Assembly (NCBI GenBank): GCA_044892525.1
Contig: CM097887.1
Location: 78,346,397 to 78,410,396, forward strand
Reading direction: 5' to 3'
DNA from: Schmidtea polychroa
Lineage: Eukaryota
Length of the DNA stretch: 64,000 nucleotides
Shown: piece after piece, positions 12,401 through 24,400 of the stretch
Position numbering within the stretch: the first letter of the stretch is position 1
Layout: every line of letters begins with the position of its first letter
Translations under genes and position numbers: made by a program
Notes under the pieces: generated by a model
What the model was told of the DNA's origin: nothing
Database searches by the model: none
Seen by the model: only the letters and a program-made list of their open reading frames with translations

Positions 12401-15400
12401 TGATATCAATCTACCAGCATCTCAGTTACAGGTTTATTATCCTTTGATTTATTTGCATATTTATATAATTGAATTAGATCGCAATGGGCATTCCATTACA
12501 TAGAATTAAAGAGATTCGTGAATTATATAAAGAAGATCCTACTCTTCTTAATAAAATTGATTTTAATAATCCTATACAAAAACCACGACCAAATGGGCAT
12601 GTGATTGCAGTTAGAATAACATCGGAGAATCCCGATGAAGGCTTTAAACCGAGTCCAGGAATTATGGAAGAACTTAATTTTAAAAGTAATCGTTCCGTTT
12701 GGGGATACTTTAGTGTTAGTTCTGTTGGAGGAATACATGAATTTTCAGATAGCCAATTTGGGCATTGCTTTTCTTTTGCCGAAACCAGGGAAAAAGCAAG
12801 AGAGTAAGCGTTTTTTTTGTTTTTATAATGAATAATAAAAATATTTTATTAATTAAAAAAAAATTGTTTCAATATAATTTAATTTAAAGTTATCTAAGCA
12901 TTATTAATTTTAACAATGATAGAAAATAATTGAAGTTGGACAAATAAAACATTAAAATCAATTATTACTTTATTAATTATTTTACAAAGCTTATTTATAT
13001 ACTGTTTTCGCTGCTCATTCGTTTTCACTTTTCGACAAAACTATAAAAATATACTTATCTGAAGAAGCGTATTTTTTTAGATATAATTCTACGAAATTGG
13101 AAGTTTGTTTTTGAGACTTATTTATCTTCATTGCAAACCCTATGTTAATTGGCGATTATATACATACCCGTGAAGTTGCACACACGTGAAGTTGACTTAT
13201 TATATACATTAGGACATTATGCAGGTAGGTTTTCCTAATTTTCATGTAAGTTATATCTTTTTCGCGACAAATAGGAAGACCGATATCTATGTCTTAAAAT
13301 GACTGTCTGCCCATGACACATCTAATAATGAATCGCTTTTTCAGTCTATCAGAACATCAATTCTTAAATATTGATGAGATCCTAGAATCATAAGCCTTGG
13401 GTGATTCATAAAATCATGTATTTTTCCTTTTCATTATATCCTATAATTTATGAGATTAATATTTTTTGTCTAGTAATTCTAAAAATATTTCAATTTCATA
13501 GTTGCATTTCACATTTGTAGAAATATGGTTCTTACACTCAAAGAAATGAGTATTCGTGGAGATTTTAGAACAACAGTTGAGTACCTTATAAAAATATTAG
13601 AATCGGAAAACTTTATAATGAATGACATTGACACCGGGTGGTTGGACTATATGATTTCACAAAAAGTGCAGGTATACAGTTGCTAATATTCCTTCAATCA
13701 ATCCTAATTTACATTATTTCAGACCGACTCTATCGATCCAACTTTAGCGGCAATGTGCGCTGCTATTCATATTGGAAATGATAAGTTAATGCGCAGCTTC
13801 AGCACTTATCAAATACTAATTGAAAGGTAAATTTGTTAATAAATAAATAAATTATATTAATTATAATTATTGAATATTCTAAACAAGTTTATCACACCCA
13901 GCGCTGTGCCACCCTTTGGTAAGATTTTACAGTATTAGGAGTGTATTTTTATTGACAGGTGTATTTTCGCATTTTCTTTTAAACTATTTTTGAAACTATT
14001 TTCATAAACACGACCTGTAAGACGCAGGTAAGAAACAACTCAATATTTAATCAGAAATATCCTATTTAAATAAATTATTTAATATATTGATAAACATTGG
14101 CAAATAATTAAGATCATATTTCTTAGACGTCAAATATCTAAGAGCCAAAAGCTGACGAATATTGTCGATGTGGTACTCATTCATGATTATTTAAAATATA
14201 AAATTCAGGTTATTTACTTTTATTTTACGCTTATTTATTCAATATTACTATTATTCATCCACGTTTTATTGTTTACGCGTTCNNNNNNNNNNNNNNNNNN
14301 NNNNNNNNNNNNNNNNNNNNNNNNNNNNNNNNNNNNNNNNNNNNNNNNNNNNNNNNNNNNNNNNNNNNNNNNNNNNNNNNNNNNNNNNNNNNNNNNNNNN
14401 NNNNNNNNNNNNNNNNNNNNNNNNNNNNNNNNTATTTTTAACCAATGAGAAGTAAGAAAAAGGAAATAAGAGAGACGACCAAAGAGAATTTTAAAAATAG
14501 AAGACGCTAAATTCCATGAAATTGAAAAGGGCTATCTTATAGTCGAAAATATTTTCATTTGTATTAAATATATTATTCGCAGCAAAGGGCTTAAATTATC
14601 ATTTAATTTTTTTTTCAATTTAATTAATGCTGCTACTAAGTAATCATCACTTTATACTTATTATTAATATTAATCATTTTAATTATTATTATTATTAATC
14701 ATCAATTTATATTATTATTTTTTATTATCTATTATTAGTATTAGTTTTTTTAATTGTTAGTATTTTTATTTTTATTTTACTATTATTATTTTCATTATTA
14801 TAAAATGATAATTTCTTGGTAGCAGCATTAATTAAATATTAAACAAATAAATGATAAGATAAGATTTTTGCTGAAAAGTACATACTGAATGAAATGAAAT
14901 AATTGTCTATATATTAAATGTCGAACCCATATCTTACGCAAAAATTTTTTTATTCTACACAAAGAAACAAAAAGCAATAAAAACACCAAAATATTATATA
15001 AAAAGCAATTAAATAATGAAATTTAATTATTGTTTTTCTAAATTATCTTTTTCAGCCTATTTTTACAAACCACCATGTGATTTTCTTCATTCAAATCCGA
15101 TTTTAATCTAAAAGACTCGTTTCCAACTCTTTCTACTATTATCCAACTTCCTTCTTCATAAAAATCTTCCATTTTTCTTTTTCTTGTTTCTGTGTTTGCA
15201 TCAAAAGATTTCTTAACCAAGACACGCTCTCCAGAATTAAAAGTAATAGAATGATAGTGAACATCTGCATCACTCACCATTCTTCTGGTATATCTGTTTC
15301 GATAATTTTGGTCAACCAGGCTTTCTCGAATAATTTCACTATTTGATTCAGCATTAATGCTTTCATTTTCATTGCTATTGCCATTATTATTGGTGTTTAA

Positions 15401-18400
15401 ATCCCCAACTAGATCAGTATATTCATCTGATTCAACTAAAAGTGAATTTTCATTATTAATATTTTCCAACAATAAATTTTCTCTCATTTCGCTTCTTTGT
15501 CTTCCTCTAAAAGCATTCATTGGTGTCGTGTTGATTGCTCTATGCCATGTTGTATTATATTTAAAGAATTTCATCATGAATGTCAATCCATCTTTTTATT
15601 GGCTGTGCCGATAGACATTTTGCCATTTTTTTAACAATGGTTTGATTCACTCTCTCTACCTGTCCTTGATTTCTTGGATGCCGAGGTCTTCCACGCACAT
15701 GCTGGATTGTTTTTTCAATGAAAAAGGTTCTTAGAACCTGATTGACAAATTCTCTTCCATTGTCCGTTTGAATTCTTCTTGGAGGTCCTTCAAGAAAATA
15801 TACCTGTTTAAAAGCTCTGCTAACACATTCTGCAGATTTTTGCTTTAATTTAAAGGAATATAAAAATTTGGAATAAGAATCTAGGATATTCAAAATCCAT
15901 CCAAATCCATCATTGTCTTCTTGATAATTGCGCATATCTACACAATCCATCTGTACCAATTCCCAGGGAAACTCCGAGATTATTGGGATTATAGGTACAA
16001 CTCTTGGTAATGGCTCGTGTCTCTTGCATATTAAACAAGAAGATACATATCGCGTTATTCTTTCCCTTTTGAAGCCCGCGTACAAGAGTTTTGAGTTTTC
16101 ATACATTGCTTTCATCCCAATGTGGTCAGGGAGATGCAATCTTTCAAATAAATTGTGCAGGCCAACTTCATCATCATTTGCAATGATTTCTTTGTTACAT
16201 TCTCCTGATTTTAGATAAAGCTTATTTTCCACTTCAATAAAGTTTTCAGCTTTCTTTAATTAAATCTATAAATTTGTATTAGTAATTTTTTTATTTTTGC
16301 GTAAGATATGGGTTCGACATTAAATATCGATGTATTTTTTTGATATTCACGAATTTTCGGCACAAGCTTTTTCAAGTGATCAATATAAAAATATACATGG
16401 TATGTTCGTGAACTTGTACCAAAGAGTTCAAGAACATCTAGACTCTGGTGGAAAATTCTCGGTATACAGACATCTCCAACATTGTCAATCAAGAAAGGAA
16501 AGAAAAAATATTTTAATTAAAATATTCAAAAAATGTCATATTTGAATAGTGTTTGGAATAACACATTAAAAAAACAACCATTAAACATCGTAAATAACCT
16601 TAAAACGAATCTTAAAACTACGATTTTGATATTATGCAATAAGTTAATTTAATTAATTGTCTAATATTTATTTATCATTCTTCCTTACATCCCCCTCATC
16701 TTTTAAAAATCTTGAGCCACTATGTGTTTCGAATAATTTCATTCCTGTCTACGCCCCGCAAGTTATTTCATGAATCTGATCTATAGTTTCATACGGCCCT
16801 TGGTAACGTTTATCCATCTTTCTTACGCTTTTTTCACGCTTTACTCATACACAGTCTCCAATCTTGAAATTTCTAGAGGTTATTGATATTTTATTTGCTT
16901 CTTTTTTTTGTTTATTTGTAATTTCTCGAATTTCTTTTCTTTTGTCAATATTGATATTTTTTGAATTCATATTTTTCGTTTCAGTCTATTATCAGCATAT
17001 CATACGAACAAATACTATTTCTGTAGATGAAAATCAACATTTGGTAATACTTCTGACCAATCTATATATATTTTTTCTTTTAACTAAATGGCTAAAGATC
17101 TCCTTATAGTTTTGAATTGTGTATCTACTAACCCATTTGTGTTATCATGATAAGGGTTTCAGTATCTTATTTTAATATGATGTGAATTCAATAATTCCAA
17201 CAGTAACTGAGATTCAAATGTTTTACTTTTATCCAAACGAATTGTCCTAGGAGCTTTTAATTTCAATATCCAGTTTTCTCTTAAAACTTTAGCTTTTAAA
17301 TTTTTATCTTGATGTGCCACTGCTGCTAAATATATATGCTAAATTGATCAATAATTGGCAAAATATATTGTTTATGTTTACCATAACTGCATCGGTGAAT
17401 TGCTTTATAAACATTTCCTTGATTTTCTCGATGTTGTCTTCCGCTTAAGCATTCAACATAGTTTTTCAAAATATTCTTGACATCTTCATTAATATCTAGA
17501 TTTAAAATTTTCTTTTAACACGTTGTTTAATACCACCATGACACAACTCTATGCAAATCATTGATTAACAAGTCTTTATTTTTACTTCGTTTTCATTTTT
17601 CTTTGAATCATCAATTGCTAACATCTTTGTTTTATTCTTTTTTGATTTCGCGTCTTCATGATTAGTCTGACATTAATTGCATGTTGTACAATTATTCCTC
17701 GATAATGCATCCGTATTTTCATGTAACTCATCTTTTCGACAATCCAACGTTACAATACACTTAAATAATTTATCCACTCTTGGAACTTTGTCTTAATCAT
17801 AAATAGCCAAACGAAAATTGATTCAAACAAATACAATTCGGTAAGTTTAATTAGTTCGTGTAGCCTTTCTTTTTTGACAATAGTCGCATGACCCGACTAT
17901 TTCTTTAATAAATTCGTGTCTGTTTCTCATGTTAAATTTTCTAGAAATATATTCGTGGACTTTATTTACCCGAGCATGACACAAAATTTTATGGGTGTAC
18001 AAAAGAAATTCTTTTTTCTTTCGCCTGGAATCGATATTTTGCCTTGATTGAATAATGTCATTATTTTCTAAAAATTAAGTAATAAGACCCATATAGCTTC
18101 TAAAACTCTTGCCTTTTTTGCGTATTATTTTACAAATCTTCTGTAGTAATTGCATATTCCTAGGAAGCTTCTCAGATTCTTAACACATTTTAGCTTTTCA
18201 AATGATTTAATCGCGTCTAGCTTTGATTGGTCCGCCTGTATCCCATCTTTGTTGATTATGAAACCTAAAAATTTGACTTCCTCTTTAAGGATATGGTACT
18301 TTTCAGGGTTTATTCTAAGACCCGCCTTTCCAATTTCATTTCCAGCACTTCATTTAAAACTTCGTAGTGGTGATTGATCGTTTCTGTAAATATCAAAATA

Positions 18401-21400
18401 TTGTCTAGGTATACTGCTGCATATCTCGTACCCATTAATACTTTTCCCATCAGTTCCTTAAATGTACCTGGTGCCGCTGCTATTTCAAATGGCATTCTGT
18501 TAAAACAGTATTGACCTGATTTGATTGAAAACGCCGTTTTTAGCTTTGATTCATCTTCTAGTTCTACTTGATAATATGCATTTCCAAAATCTATCGAACT
18601 GAAATACTTTGCTCCACCCAATTGATCTAACATCTCTGCTATATTCGGCATAGGGAACGCCTGTCTCTATGTTACTAGGTTTAATTGTCTGAAATCAAGA
18701 CATAATCTGATATCTTGCTTTTCTTTCTTCCAAACGCATATTAATGGAGTGTTCCATGGCGAATTACACTTTTTGATAATATCGTTTTCCCATAAGTTTT
18801 TATCGCTTCATCTATTTTACCTTCCAAGTTGACAGGTTGTCTCCAAGGTTTAATATTTATCGGTTTTCCTTGAGTTTCTATTTTATGCTTCAACAACTTT
18901 GTGCAGCCAATGTCCCATTTATCAGACATAAAAACATTTTGATTCTTTTTTACAATGTTCAGTAATATAAGATTATTTATCTTTAAAGTATTCTTTGCTT
19001 TTTGAAATCGTTCCATCTCCGTTATTGTCTTTCCAATTTTGGCTTCGATACTGCATATGTGCTCTTGCTTCGTTTTCTTGACCTCTTCTACTGGCCATTT
19101 TAGTTGTATACCAAATTGTTTTTGCAACTCTATACCATCAATTACCTCTGGAGTCATATATCGTACTATCATAAACTTTACCCTTCTTTTCCTGGCATTT
19201 ATTCCTATTTCTAATATTGCTTTAATTTCGCTTCTAAAACACTATTATTTGCACATCTCAAAGTATCAGTCGTTGTTGTTAGTTCTACATCTTTAAGTTT
19301 CTCAAATTTACTCTAACTCATGACATTTACTGTAGCTCCTGTATCGAGCAAGCATTCCATCTTCTGGTCTTGTATTATAATAGTTACACTTGGTCAGCCT
19401 TGCATTTTATCATAACTAATAATATCATTTTTCCATTCATCTAAGGTGAGTATTTGTATATTTTCTCTTTCTCTTTCTGCCAAATCCTTTTTTATGAATC
19501 TGTTTACTTTCCTTATTACATTATTTTCCTCTTCCGTTACCTCTGTATCTTTCACATCTTTTTCTATAATACATGATATTTTACTTTTATTATAATATTT
19601 AATAATTTGGGTGTCAGCATCACTGTTTAATACACTACCCCGACTATCTTCTCTTCTATCGGGGCGTTGATATTTGGGTATTCTCTGTATTTATCTTCTA
19701 TTCTTTCATCACTTGGTTCGTCTATGAATATATTGTCTGCTTGTCTTGTTTCCTTTCTCGTTCCTTGATAACCATTCCCTGCTTCGTATCGTTCTTGTTG
19801 TCTTCCAAAATTCTAATTGATTCTCTGATATCTCATTCTCTCCAAATTTGTGTAAAAATCTGCCTCTTTATGACCTCCCAAGCTACACCTCGTACACCTT
19901 ATTTTTTGACAATCTCTTCTCACGTGTAACCGCGTTTCTGTAATTTCTTGTTATATTCTGTTCTGGTCTTCTTTCTCTCACTGTGTAGATCTCTTCTGCA
20001 ACTATATGAGATTCATGTAACTTATTGATTTTTTTCTTCACTTCCATTGTTCTTTTGGTGTCGCTTGGACACAATTCTCGTTTCAAAGTCTTCTCGGCTG
20101 CACAGTGAACCAGCAGATATTCTGTTAAACTTTCCTTGTTTAACTCATGCCCCAATATTTTATCGACTAACTATGATAGTAAAATATTTATCGGGCTCTT
20201 CACTCGTCTGTCTATAAGACATAGCAGATTGTAAATCCTTTGCCAAACTTGTTTTTTTGACGAATGCCTTCCGCAATCGTTCCTTATAACATTTGATATT
20301 TTGGTCAACTCCTGTATATATCTATCTGATCTGTTTGTCAATCAGTAATTCGATCATCACTTCTTGTTTTGAAGTAGGCATTTGTAACATTTTAAAATAT
20401 CTATCGCATTCTTTAATGAATGTTTCAACATCATCTCCTCTATGATAATCGTTTGGAAATCGCTTCTTTATGAAGAAATCCATAGACGTGGTCGCCATAT
20501 TAGAAGCTGCCAACACATCTTCTAAATTATTTTTTAAATTCGGTTCAAAAGTTAACGACATAATTCCATCTATTTATTATATGACATATTTTATAATTTT
20601 AAACAAATTTTCAGCGTTGAAAATATTTTCAAAACCATTTATCAAAGTATATTTATTTAAAAATTTTTCATTAATAAAACTTCTTTTTTAAAAAGCTATT
20701 TTAATTTTTAATTCAAAAATTTCAACTTAAAAAATCCAATTTAAAAATTATTTAAAAGTTATTTTAATAGTCAATTATTTACAATTTAAAATTATTTTGA
20801 TAAATCATTGAAATATTTAATTCTCAGCTAAAAACACCTCACAGTTATCATACAGTATCGAAACTAGCATCCGTGTCTAAAACAAAGTACTTTAGTTAAT
20901 CCGGAGATCCCAGTATCGAAGTTGATACCAGGAAGGTTTTGAAACTTGCTTCACATTCTTTTGCCCATATCAGCTTTTCTTTATTTGTCCCACATAAAAT
21001 TTCTAGCATATTTTTCATATTTGACTAACTTTCTATAATAATTCGCTAATCCCAAAAAACTTTTCTATCGTTTGATACACTATGGCTTTAAGTATTCCTG
21101 CATTACTTTAATTTTTATATTATTTTTCTATATCTCCTAAAAATTTTAACCCTTCTTTATTAAAAGGACATTTTTCTAAACCTTTTTTAATCCTGCTTTA
21201 ATTTTTTTTTAAACTCTTTTCAATAGTTTTCTGTTCTTTTTCATTATTTGCGAATATGTGAATATTATCAAAGTAAACCCTGCTTCTTTTCAGAGAAAAT
21301 CACCCAACACTCCGGCCATTAATTTTTGAAAAGTAGCTGGAGCAGTTGCGATTCAAAAGGTATATGCGGTTTAAACCATATTGGTCACATTTTGTAGAAA

Positions 21401-24400
21401 AGGCTTTTTTAAGTTTCGATTATTCTTACAGTTCCACATGGTAATATGCATTACCAAGATTAATAGTATACCAATCATTTCGTAAATATTTGGAATGGAA
21501 AACCGATGTCCTTTCCATTAAAGCATTTATTGGCTTAATGGAAAGACATGACATTCTTATATCTGACTTGTTTTTATTCAAAATACATACTAATGGACTA
21601 TCTTTTTGAGCATTTTCCCTATTGGCACATTTGTGGTTTCTGGTTGCGGTTAAAATGATTTTAATCTAATAGTCAATTAACCTAATCTACAGACTAATCT
21701 AATCTAAACCATAACCTTAACACTAAAATCCTAACCATAACATAAAACCAGTTCTTTTTCATTCCACCTGCCCTCATTAATATCACCATTCTTTCCATTT
21801 TGTCAAAGAAAATTAAAGATAAATCCGTATCCTTCTGCTAGTTCTAAATTTCTAAAAAATCGCGAATATGCAATGCTGCTTTCAAAAATTCCCCTCATGA
21901 TTGTTTTTCAAATCCTCGGCCTTTTCTTCAGTATCTTCATATATTGTCAATTAATCTCTTTTTATAAGACATTTCTCCATAGTGCTTCTATTCGATTTAT
22001 CCGATTCACATAAATCAAAATATTGCTTTTAGTCAACGATGTGCTTCTAAATTTTCATGTCCTTGATAGATTAATGAGATCATACATTATGCCATCTGCA
22101 TTTTTGGAATTGTATTAGAAATATTTATTTAATTATAAAGTTGTCAACAAAATATTCAATTATAAAATTATAATATTTTGACGAATATAAATTAATATAA
22201 ATAATCTAAATTAATATAAATAATCTAATAATAATAATAATATTTCACGTAAATGTTTTATAAATAAGATATAATACTAATTAATAATTTAATATTCATT
22301 ACAACTATAGTTGAAATTAATATACCTAACAATCTATTAGTTAGGTATACTTGACTACAATTTTATAATTATAATTATAATTTCAATTTAACTTTAAAAA
22401 ATCTTTGCATCATAATATAAAATTTTATTGATTGTTGAAATAAAGATTTGCAAAACTGGGCCGATTGCATTCCATTTGATAATGAATAATGCATCAGTAG
22501 AATCAGAAGTTCATAAATTATTAGATGGATGCTTGCTTATTACATACGGTAACACGAGCTATACCACTTATCTTAAAGAAGAGATATATGGATATCGAGT
22601 GATAATTGACAATAATACTATTACATTTGAAAAGGAAACTGATCCATCTGTTTTAGTGTAAGATGAGTTCAATTTCAATAAAATTTCACTAACACATTAC
22701 AATTAGTTCTCCATCAACTGGGAAATTGGTGCAGTATACAGTCGAGGATGGCAGTCATGTATTTGCCAACAGTGTATATGCACTAATGGAGGTCATGAAG
22801 CTGACCATGGAGTTGCATACAACAGCATCTGGGTGTATTCATTATATTAAACGTCCCGGTGCTATACTTGATGCCGGTTGTCATGTAGCCACATTGACCC
22901 TTGATGACGCTGTCAATATCAAAAGGGCGGAAACATATACGTATGAATATTAAAATACTCAATACAATTAATGTTTCATCAGGGAATCATTTTATACGTC
23001 TAATCAGACCGCATCAGTTGCCAAGCTAAACCAGGTTTTTGATAAGTGTGTTAAAGAATTGGAACAGATTCTTGATGGATATTGTTTACCAGAGCCTTAT
23101 TTTACACCGAAATTACAGAAAACAGTTAATCAATTTATGGCCTGTCTCCGGGACCCCAGATTACCTCTAATAGAATTACAGGTATTTTGAATATTAATTG
23201 GCTAGATAAACAAAAAAAGTGATTTAATAACAAATTTGATCTTTCGTGGTATTTTATCAGGAGTTGATGTCACAAATCTCAGGAAGAATTCCCAGTACTG
23301 TCGAACGAGCAATAAAACAACAAATGTCAATTTATGCTAGTAATGTTACATCAGTTCTCAGTCAATTTCCTGGGTCAAAGATTTTACATATCCTCACAAA
23401 TTGTGGAAATAGCCTTTCCAAACAATCAGAACAGGATAATTATATGATGATTACACAGCCTATATTCTCTTTGGTAGGAAAATATACCAAAGGTGTTCGG
23501 GGTCATATGAAAATGGCGATCGAAAATTTATTTATTAAATATTATAATGTTGAGAAACTTTTCCAGGAAGGTAATTATGACATATTATTTAATATTTTTT
23601 TGAAAAATTTAGTAATTACCATTTCCGATATCTGACGAAAAATATCTTCAAACCGACACTTATATAGGAAACTAAAATCAACAAAGACAATTTTATCTTA
23701 AATCCAAATATAAAATGCAAATTGTCATTATTCTACACAATTTATTAAAATATCTTATACATTTAAAAATTTAACATTAATGCAGACATTAACATTAATC
23801 ATCGACCATAAATATTTTTAATTGATTTAAATATACAGATTTTATTTAAATTTGAACATTTTATTTTTAATTTTAAGTATGAAAATATGAATCCACAGAT
23901 TGAAATAAAGATAGATTAAATCCAATCGCAACTCACTTTCAAAATAACATCATATAAAAAAGACAAAAAAATGCCATTTTAGACTATGTACTGAAGAATA
24001 TATCATTAAATAATATCTCCAGTCAGGGCCCGCCCTAGGGCATGCGGGGCCCAAGGCAGCAAACGATGAGCGGGGCCCATTCCCGAGGCAGAAGGCGAGG
24101 AGCAAGACCCATGCAAAAAATTGCATTTCTACATATATTACAATAATGGGAAATAAAAAATTAAATTACTTAAATTGCAACAGAAACAAAACATTTTGTT
24201 CTTAGCTGCTGAATATATAAGCCATTTTCGGTTGACAACATCAACATTTTCCATGTCGTTTGCAGTAGGTTGTAGAAAATTTCCGTCTATTGCTATCTGC
24301 TAGAAAATCTTTTTCTTCAGTTTTTTTTGTCCCATTGCAAACAATTGTAGAACGAGTGTCTACATTCAAATGTTGTTGGGTCACTAAAATCATCATTTAC

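Noticed and set aside
13341-13420. 68-bp duplicated segment as an intronic snoRNA
   Set aside because: On the ACC sense strand there is no terminal C box/D box pair and no H/ACA layout. The CTGA and TGATG-like boxes lie on the antisense strand, and one copy sits inside a transposase.
11059-14448. ORFs 11059-11274 and 14170-14448 containing X runs
   Set aside because: Artefacts of reading through assembly gaps; only 14170-14208 is real ACC exon 12 sequence.
16318-16322. ATG formed across the TSD/TIR junction as the transposase start
   Set aside because: That frame stops after nine codons (ACG CAA AAA TAA) and is not the integrase frame.
21660-21750. Telomere-like ctaat/cctaac repeats (also about 9825-9840)
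   Set aside because: Short, irregular and internal; more like low-complexity TE-associated repeats than a telomeric array.
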